Shown here one piece after another: positions 57,541 to 64,000 of a stretch of DNA of 64,000 nt. The position numbers and the translations under genes are program-made. The stretch lies in contig JASFQK010000008.1 in the NCBI GenBank assembly GCA_050115495.1, forward strand, positions 1 through 64,000, in the 5' to 3' direction. A model generated the notes under the pieces. It saw nothing but the letters and a program-made list of their open reading frames with translations. It ran no database searches and was not told the DNA's origin. Numbering within the stretch: position 1 is the first letter of the stretch; each line of letters opens with the position of its first letter. This stretch comes from Phycisphaerae bacterium (GTDB taxonomy: Bacteria > Planctomycetota > Phycisphaerae > UBA1845 > Fen-1342).

Positions 57541-57969
57541 GCCATCCCAGGTGCGCCGCGGGGTGCCGGACGCGGACCCCGCGACGTGCAGCGTGTTTCT
57601 CGCGCCGCCGGGGGCAGTGGCCACATCACCGCTACGGGTCATGCCTCCTCCGGGCCCGTCGGCGGAACGATCGGGCCCTGCCCCCGCGGCGGCGCAGTTC
57701 TCATCCGCGGCTCCGAACCGTGGGGGGCGGAGCCGCCTTCGTGCCCTTCTCTTCGTAAACGACACCTCCGTGTCGAACCCTCCGCGCCGGCGCCTCCAGC
57801 TTCATCCCCCGCCGGCGCACTCCTATTCTCCTCACAGTGGCGGACCCGGCCTTACCGCGACTCACGCGCCGCGCGCGGCATGTCTCCTGCTCCACTCTCT
57901 CCTGCTCGCCTTTCTCGCGCAGCGCGTGTGGCAAGCTGGGGTCAGCAGTGTTGCATGCTGAAGGGAGGA

Positions 57970-58002
57970 GTGTGGCATGCTGAAGCCTTAGGCGCCGGCA
58001 TG
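57970..58002 (+). repeat. Half copy of the GTGTGGCATG-family element
   Basis: GTGTGGCATGCTGAAGCCTTAGGCGCCGGCATG; another partial copy at about 48032-48058. Confidence 0.55.
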
Positions 58003-58070
58003 AAGGATCTCAAGGCGGCCAGACCCGCGCACCAGCCTCGGGCGTGCTACGTTCCTGGTGGCTCGCCGCA

Positions 58071-58631
58071 TCAAGGCCGGCGGGCCGCCTCGATGTCCTC
58101 GGGCCGCCGCTTGTCTGGCATGCAGGCGTAGCCACACTCGGGGCAGACTCCGCTCGTATTGCCCGTCAGGTTGTACCCGCACTCTTTGCAGGCGTACGGA
58201 TCACGCGATCGTACGAGCCACAGCCGCCCGCCGACGAGCCCGAACAGCACGAGGAACATCCACAGCGGAACGCGGATGGGGTAGCCGAAGACCCCCGCTC
58301 GCAGCAGGGCAGCCGTGATTTGCTCAATCACCGGCGGCGTGACGACTACGCCAGAGCCGTTGCCGCCGGATTGGAGCAGTGGGTTGACGCTGCTGGGCAT
58401 CCAGAAGCCCGGCACGACCCACACGTTGCCCTCCCACAGCAGAAATCGGACCCGGTTGCATGAATCAGTGTACTTCACCGAAACGCCGAACGAACCGGCG
58501 TAGACCGCCGCGAACAGGAGAAAAGCGACGGTGCAGAACCACTTCACCCGCCGCAACCAGTCCGGCGGTCGACGTCGCCTCTGTGGTTGCGCCTGCCGTT
58601 CGCTCTCTGTGCGCTCACTCAATACGGCCAC
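58071..58631 (-). CDS. Membrane protein with C-terminal CxxC...CPECG zinc ribbon
   Basis: Two TM segments, VPLW, CKECGYNLTGNTSGVCPECG; AGGAG RBS. Confidence 0.8.
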   Translation of the reverse strand: MAVLSERTESERQAQPQRRRRPPDWLRRVKWFCTVAFLLFAAVYAGSFGVSVKYTDSCNRVRFLLWEGNVWVVPGFWMPSSVNPLLQSGGNGSGVVVTPPVIEQITAALLRAGVFGYPIRVPLWMFLVLFGLVGGRLWLVRSRDPYACKECGYNLTGNTSGVCPECGYACMPDKRRPEDIEAARRP

Positions 58632-58639
58632 TGCTTCTC

Positions 58640-58822
58640 CTAACCTTCGTCACTGATTGCCTCTAACGTGGCCTGACTGATGCCGTGCGCTTTCTGTAGG
58701 TCTTGAAGAAATTGCTGCTTCAGTCTCTGCACGCACGCATACTGCAGTTCCCGGCGTTCGTCGGGCGTGCACCGACTATTCGGGACAATGAGCCGATATG
58801 TCCCTCGACGGGCCGTCAGCAC
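58640..58822 (-). CDS. Possible small helical protein or frameshifted tail of the upstream gene
   Basis: Exactly fills the gap, overlapping the upstream stop and the downstream RBS; amphipathic composition. Confidence 0.3.
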   Translation of the reverse strand: MLTARRGTYRLIVPNSRCTPDERRELQYACVQRLKQQFLQDLQKAHGISQATLEAISDEG

Positions 58823-60111
58823 TCACCCTCGCCACAATCTTGTTCTTCCTCTGCTGGGCGTCCCGCCGATATGGCCCAAGATACTTCGATTGAACTGACT
58901 GACACCCACTCCCCGCCGCGATCGATGTACAGATCCGGTACACTAAAGGCACCCCTCCTCTTCTCTCGGTCATGCGGCCCGCGAAACCACGCATGCATTG
59001 ATATTCCCTTATGGATCTCCCCAACCAGCAAGTCATCGAGGCGCCCGCGTGCTCCGTTCTGCAAGACGGTATCGTCCAGGTGCCCTGGTTCACGTCGGAC
59101 GCCTCCGGAATCCACCAGTTCCAGTGTGATATCCAGTATGCTGATACTGAGACGTCTCGTGCCAGCCACGCCCTCCACGATGTGCTCCGTTTGCTTGCCA
59201 GTCTTGGGGTCCACGGTTGTTACTTGTAGCGTGCCGGCAATCACGTACGGCTCACGACTGTGAGGCCCCGCGATCATGATCAAGTCCTTACCCGTCTCAA
59301 GATCATGACCAGCAAAGGCCTCAAGCTCTCCCACCTGAGTAATGATCGTGCTTTGCGCGAATACTTGGCGAGCTGCATTGCTCTCTAGATCCAACAATCG
59401 CTGGACGGGAGAGCAGTGTCCGGACGCGAACGACACTGCAATCTCGACTGCCGCGCACTCCACGCTCTGGTTGCCCACTGTCGCGACGTACCGTCCGGGC
59501 GGCAATTTGAAGCGGCCGCAGCGCCGACCGCCTTCCGCCGTCTCCGGCGGAGGGCACTTCTCCAGCACGAGTCGCGCAAACACCTCAAGTGTTATATGTC
59601 CGCCTGTCTCGGTGTCCATTATCTGCGTATGGGCCGATACTTGGGCCAGGCCCACGTCTTGCGCCGCCACCAGACGCACCTCACTAATCAAGGGCCTGGG
59701 GGTATCGGCCACTGCGCGCAAGATGTCGATCGCCGTGTGGCGTGTTGGAGTGTCCTTGCGAAGCTCGTCCACGGTTAGCGTAGCAACACCTTGTGCCTGG
59801 GCGAGCTTGATGGCTGACGCCGTGAACCCACGTGAGTGAACCGCGACCACCCTGTCCAGTCCGCATTGCTCTCGCTTCCCGCAGAGGTGGTCGATCCACT
59901 CCGGTCCAGCCCTGCGCTTATGATCTCGGCACTCGAATGCGCAACGGTACTCCTCGGCGCCGGTAGCCTCCACAAGTACGTCGACCTCGGTCTCTTTCTC
60001 TGTTACGCGATTGAAGACCATCGCGGACTCTGTGACGCGCACGTTCGGGTCGCTGGACCAGCGCTGAAGCCAACCTATCAACGCTTGAAAGGCGTTTGTC
60101 CGTCGAGGCAT
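58816..60111 (-). CDS. Protein with N-terminal PD-(D/E)xK (Mrr/restriction endonuclease-like) domain and unknown C-terminus
   Basis: EVDVLV...FECRDHKR...WI...HSRGFT..A...A. Codon usage is visibly less GC-biased than neighbouring genes. Confidence 0.75.
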   Translation of the reverse strand: MPRRTNAFQALIGWLQRWSSDPNVRVTESAMVFNRVTEKETEVDVLVEATGAEEYRCAFECRDHKRRAGPEWIDHLCGKREQCGLDRVVAVHSRGFTASAIKLAQAQGVATLTVDELRKDTPTRHTAIDILRAVADTPRPLISEVRLVAAQDVGLAQVSAHTQIMDTETGGHITLEVFARLVLEKCPPPETAEGGRRCGRFKLPPGRYVATVGNQSVECAAVEIAVSFASGHCSPVQRLLDLESNAARQVFAQSTIITQVGELEAFAGHDLETGKDLIMIAGPHSREPYVIAGTLQVTTVDPKTGKQTEHIVEGVAGTRRLSISILDITLELVDSGGVRREPGHLDDTVLQNGARGRLDDLLVGEIHKGISMHAWFRGPHDREKRRGAFSVPDLYIDRGGEWVSVSSIEVSWAISAGRPAEEEQDCGEGEC

Positions 60112-60397
60112 AATGCTGACATCCTAAACCGCACCAGGGCCTGCGGGCAAACGCGGGTGGGTGCCCTCCTGTCTGCCGGCGCAGAATCCGCCAGAATCCA
60201 ACAGGCTCCGCCAGCTTGCGACAATCTCACAGTCTTGCTTTGCCCCGCCCCCATCGCGCGTCTATGTTCCTTGTGCGCATGTGCACCGCCAAGAATCTCA
60301 TTTACGTCGCGCGCAGAGAGGAGACGCTTGAGACCCTTGCCCCCGCGAACACGCCGTCGTCGGCGTCTGTGCCTCGTTGTCTTCTCCCGGCTTTCGA

Positions 60398-60454
60398 CGT
60401 CGGCCACGGGGGGCCGACGCTACGAAGACGTGCGGTACGGAGCCCGGACGCTAC
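60398..60454 (-). repeat. Two tandem GTAG REPs; one GTAG provides the fumC stop codon
   Basis: Units at 60398-60423 and 60429-60454; TAG at 60453-60451. Confidence 0.7.
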
Positions 60455-61836
60455 ACGTCTGCCGACGGCGCGGTCATGCGCTGCGGATCGAGCGCCTCGT
60501 TGAGACGCGCTTCATCCAGCACGTTGCGCTCGCGGGCGATTTCGCGGACGGTGCGGCCGGTGCGGTAGGCTTCCTTGGCGATCGCCGCCGCCGCGTCGTA
60601 GCCGATCAGTGGAGCCAGACTGGTGCACATGGCCAGCGATTGTTCGATCGTCGCCGCGCAGCGCTGCCGATCGGCCTGCAAGCCGGCGATGCATTTGTCC
60701 ACGAACACGCGGCAGACGTTGCTGAGCAGCCGCATCGCCTCGAGCACGTTGTGGGCCATCACGGGCATGCCCACGTGCAGGTCGAAATTGCCCAGCACCG
60801 CGCCGGCGTGGGCGACCGCCGCCTCGGCCCCGATGACCTGGGCGCAGACCTGGAGCACGGCCTCGCAGATGACCGGGTTCACCTTGCCGGGCATGATGGA
60901 GCTGCCGGGCTGCGTCGCCGGCAGGAGCAGTTCGCCGAAGCCGCAGCGTGGCCCGCTGCCGAGCCAGCGGATGTCGTTGGCGATCTTGGTGAGGCTGAGG
61001 GCGATGGTCTTGAGTGTGCCGGCCAGGCCGATCAGGCCGTCGCGGGCGGCCTGGGCCTCGAAGTGGTTCGGCGTCTCGCGGAAGGCTTCGCCGGTCAGCG
61101 TGCTGAGCAGCGTGCAGACGCGGGCGGCGAACTCGGGGTGTGTGTTCAGGCCGGTGCCGACGGCTGTCCCGCCGATGGGCAGGTCGCGCAGCATGGCCAG
61201 CGGGCACTGCAGGCGGTGGATGGCGTGCGTGATCTGTGTGGCGTAGCCGCTGAACTCCTGGCCGAGGCGGATCGGTGTGGCGTCCATGAGGTGTGTCCGC
61301 CCGATCTTGATGACGTCGGCGAACTCCTCCGCCTTCGCCGCCAGCGCCTGTTGCAGCGTCTCCAGTGCCGGCAGCAGGTCCCCGCGCAACGCCTCAACGC
61401 CGGCGACGTGAATCGCCGTGGGGATGACATCGTTCGAGGATTGTCCCATGTTGACATGGTCGTTGGGGTGAACAGTCTCGCTGGTGAGCTGACGGCAGCG
61501 GTGGGCGATCACCTCGTTGGCGTTCATGTTCGTACTGGTGCCCGAGCCCGTCTGGAACACGTCGAGGACGAAGTGCTCGTCGAGTTGGCCGTCGACGATC
61601 TCCTGCGCCGCCTGACGGATGGCGGCGGCCCGGGCGCTGTCGAGCCGGCCGAGATCCTCGTTGGCCGTCGCCGCCGCGTGCTTGATCAGGCCGAGGGCCC
61701 GGATGAACCGGCGGCCGAAGCGGTAGCCGCTGACGGGGAAGTTGAGCACAGCCCGTTGTGTCGAGGCCCCGTAGAACGCCTCGGCCGGCACTTCCATTTC
61801 GCCCATCGAGTCTCGTTCGATGCGTGTCGCTGACAT
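60451..61836 (-). CDS. fumC: Class II fumarate hydratase
   Basis: RIERDSMG, QTGSGTSTNMN, HPNDHVN, GRTHLMDATP, GSSIMPGKVNP. Confidence 0.96.
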   Translation of the reverse strand: MSATRIERDSMGEMEVPAEAFYGASTQRAVLNFPVSGYRFGRRFIRALGLIKHAAATANEDLGRLDSARAAAIRQAAQEIVDGQLDEHFVLDVFQTGSGTSTNMNANEVIAHRCRQLTSETVHPNDHVNMGQSSNDVIPTAIHVAGVEALRGDLLPALETLQQALAAKAEEFADVIKIGRTHLMDATPIRLGQEFSGYATQITHAIHRLQCPLAMLRDLPIGGTAVGTGLNTHPEFAARVCTLLSTLTGEAFRETPNHFEAQAARDGLIGLAGTLKTIALSLTKIANDIRWLGSGPRCGFGELLLPATQPGSSIMPGKVNPVICEAVLQVCAQVIGAEAAVAHAGAVLGNFDLHVGMPVMAHNVLEAMRLLSNVCRVFVDKCIAGLQADRQRCAATIEQSLAMCTSLAPLIGYDAAAAIAKEAYRTGRTVREIARERNVLDEARLNEALDPQRMTAPSADV

Positions 61837-62092
61837 GGTCTGCCCTTCTGTGCCTCGGATGTGTCACAGGCCCGGCCCGATCCGCGCCATTCCACCAGTA
61901 GGAGTGTAGTCGGCGAGTTGGCGGGGGCAAAACCAGGGTCGCGATCCGCCGGCGGCGGGGCAGTTTGCCGTTGAGGGACAGTCGGGCAATGGCCTATACT
62001 GGGTTTCGAGGAGGACTCCGTGGCGCCACGCGGCGATTCGCGCCACCGTCCGCAACTTACGCGCATTTCAGGACTTGCAGAGGAGGAGATCC

Positions 62093-63247
62093 GTGGAGCG
62101 ACTGCGCCCATTTCCGATCTTCGTGACTGCGCTCGTGACGGCCGGCCTGGCTGTGCTGGCTCCGGCTGACGGGCTGTTCATCGGCATCGGTGATCTGCCC
62201 GGTGGCCAGGAGAACAGCAAAGCCCTGGGCATCTCCGCCGACGGCTCGACCGTGGTCGGCATCTGCAACATGCACATCATCAGCGGCGACGGCAACGCGT
62301 TCCGCTGGCGCCCGTCGGAGGGCATGATCAACCTGGGCAGCCTCGGCGGCGGCTCGTTCCCGCACTCGGCGGCGTACGGCGCCAGCGCCGACGGTTCATG
62401 GGCCGCCGGCTTCTCGCAATCTCCCGAGTCGTTGCCGTACGACGAGGCCTTCCGCTGGTCCGCTGGTGCCGGCATGGTCGGGCTGGGAGACTTCGGGGGC
62501 GGCACCTACGACAGCAGGGCGTACGGGATCTCCGGCGACGGCTCAGTTGTCGTCGGGTCCAGCCAGAGCAGCGCGGGCCGGATGGCCTTTCGCTGGACGG
62601 AGGCCGACGGGTTGCAGCCTGTCCCCGGTCTTCCCAGCGGCGACACCTACCGGGAGGCGCTGGCCATTTCGACGGATGGCACGACGGTGGTCGGCTACAG
62701 CGGGCCGGAGATCTGCCGCGCGTTTCGCAGTCGCAACGGCCTGAACGCGCAGTTCCTCGGCGATCTGCCCGGCGGGTCGACGTACAGCAAGGCGTACGGT
62801 GTCTCCGCCGACGGATCGTGCATCGTGGGGATGAGCTCGTCCGAGAACGGCATGGAGGCGTTTCGCTGGACGCAAAGCACGGGGATGGTCGGGCTCGGTG
62901 ATCTGGAGGGTGACTCGTTCCATAGCTGGGCCAACGGCGTGTCGGCGGATGGCTTGGTCATCGTCGGTTGCGGCGACGGCGAGGACTACTACGGCGAAGC
63001 CATGATCTGGACCGCGGATCTGGGCGCACGGACCTTGAGGTCGTTTCTCGTCGACGAGCACGGGATGGAGCTGAGCACGTGGCAGCTTCGCGAGGCGACG
63101 GCGATCTCGGCGGATGGCACGGCTATCGTGGGCTGGGGCATCAACCCCTCCGGCCGGCACGAAGGATGGGTGGCGTACATCCCGGAGCCGTCGGCGATCA
63201 GCCTGCTACTCGCAGCGCTGGCCGCGGGCGCGCTGCGCCGGCGATAA
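62093..63247 (+). CDS. HAF-repeat-like beta-propeller PEP-CTERM protein (paralogue of 48149-49285)
   Basis: AGGAGG RBS; repeats GDL.GG...S.A.G.SADG..VVG...AFRW; C-terminal IPEPSAI...RRR. Confidence 0.9.
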   Translation: MERLRPFPIFVTALVTAGLAVLAPADGLFIGIGDLPGGQENSKALGISADGSTVVGICNMHIISGDGNAFRWRPSEGMINLGSLGGGSFPHSAAYGASADGSWAAGFSQSPESLPYDEAFRWSAGAGMVGLGDFGGGTYDSRAYGISGDGSVVVGSSQSSAGRMAFRWTEADGLQPVPGLPSGDTYREALAISTDGTTVVGYSGPEICRAFRSRNGLNAQFLGDLPGGSTYSKAYGVSADGSCIVGMSSSENGMEAFRWTQSTGMVGLGDLEGDSFHSWANGVSADGLVIVGCGDGEDYYGEAMIWTADLGARTLRSFLVDEHGMELSTWQLREATAISADGTAIVGWGINPSGRHEGWVAYIPEPSAISLLLAALAAGALRRR

Positions 63248-63277
63248 GACGAACTGCCGGTGTGAAGCGGCTACGGG

Positions 63278-63895
63278 CTACTGGGCGAGCAGGGCCTGCA
63301 ACGCGTGGCGGGACTTGTCCATCACCGCGTCGTGCAGGCTCTGGCCGTGTGAATCCATCGTAACCACGCAGGGGAAGTCCTCGACGCGGATTTGCCAGAA
63401 GGCCTCGGGTACGCCGAAGTCGAGCTTGTGCACGGCGAGGACCTCTTTGCAGCTCTCGGCGATGAGTGTGGCCGCGCCGCCGATGGCGTGCAGGTAGGCG
63501 GCGCCGTACTGCTGGCAGGCGGCGAGCGTGCGGGCGCCCATGCCACCCTTGCCGATAACGGCCCGCAGGCCGAAGTGCTGGATGACGTCGGCCTCGTAGG
63601 GCTCCTCGCGGATGCTGGTCGTGGGGCCGGCGGCGACGAACTCGTACTTGCCGTCGTCGCGCTTACGGACGACGGGGCCGCAGTGATATATGACGCCGCC
63701 GGTCAGCCCGGCGCGCAGTATGTCGTAGAGCGGTCGCTCGGTGGGCGGACACTTGCCGCGTATGAAGCTTTCGACCATGTACTTGTGGGCGGCGTCACGG
63801 CCGGTGAAGACCACGCCGCTCAGCAGGACCTGGTCGCCGATCTTGAGGCTGCGAATCTGCTCTTCGCTAATGGGGACGGTGAATTTAGTCGCCAT
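63278..63895 (-). CDS. Class I (Fe-S) fumarate hydratase/tartrate dehydratase beta subunit
   Basis: GRDAAHK, YHCGP, AGPTTS.R, IGKGGM, MDSHG. Confidence 0.93.
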   Translation of the reverse strand: MATKFTVPISEEQIRSLKIGDQVLLSGVVFTGRDAAHKYMVESFIRGKCPPTERPLYDILRAGLTGGVIYHCGPVVRKRDDGKYEFVAAGPTTSIREEPYEADVIQHFGLRAVIGKGGMGARTLAACQQYGAAYLHAIGGAATLIAESCKEVLAVHKLDFGVPEAFWQIRVEDFPCVVTMDSHGQSLHDAVMDKSRHALQALLAQ

Positions 63896-63961
63896 GCGTT
63901 CCACTCCGTGACCCGGCTTGCCCGAGGCATCGCGCGGGTTGCTTCTGTCCGGCGCCCGCGC

Positions 63962-64000
63962 CTACGGCGCGGTGATCTCGACCTGGCCGTCGTTGATCGT
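63962..64000 (-). CDS. 3' end of an upstream gene (…TINDGQVEITAP*), plausibly the Fe-S hydratase alpha subunit
   Basis: GC-codon-biased open frame ending TAG at 63964-63962. Identity inferred from position only. Confidence 0.4.
   Translation of the reverse strand, partial: TINDGQVEITAP

Overview
High-GC bacterial chromosome segment, most likely Planctomycetota (class Phycisphaerae). This is inferred from the Cys-containing 'GDxNCDGxVxNFDI' dockerin-type tails, the PEP-CTERM proteins and a CxxCGYxLxGxxxxxCPECG membrane protein. Housekeeping genes are pyrG, kdsB, a stand-alone fusA, two aminotransferases, archease-rtcB, hpt, rny, fumC and a class I fumarase beta subunit. They alternate with blocks of secreted proteins: six dockerin-tailed proteins (two S8, one C10-like, one M28, one beta-helix, one Cys-rich/propeller) and four PEP-CTERM proteins, one of which looks like a cohesin. 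The most notable signals are as follows. (1) At 259-506, a promoter-driven minus-strand RNA has two folded modules with perfect 21/21-nt complementarity and sits back-to-back with an XRE repressor gene, resembling a C4/CI-type antisense attenuator. (2) Three paralogues of an unrecognised ~400-450 aa N-terminal-HTH family are each divergently paired with a secreted-protein block. (3) A possible cohesin-dockerin surface protease complex. (4) A C10 peptidase whose catalytic Cys is replaced by Asn. (5) A ~240-nt structured, 6S-like RNA upstream of rny. Several REP/REPIN families fill the intergenic regions. No tRNA, rRNA, CRISPR array, integrase or transposase was recognised. All calls are by eye; no searches were run.
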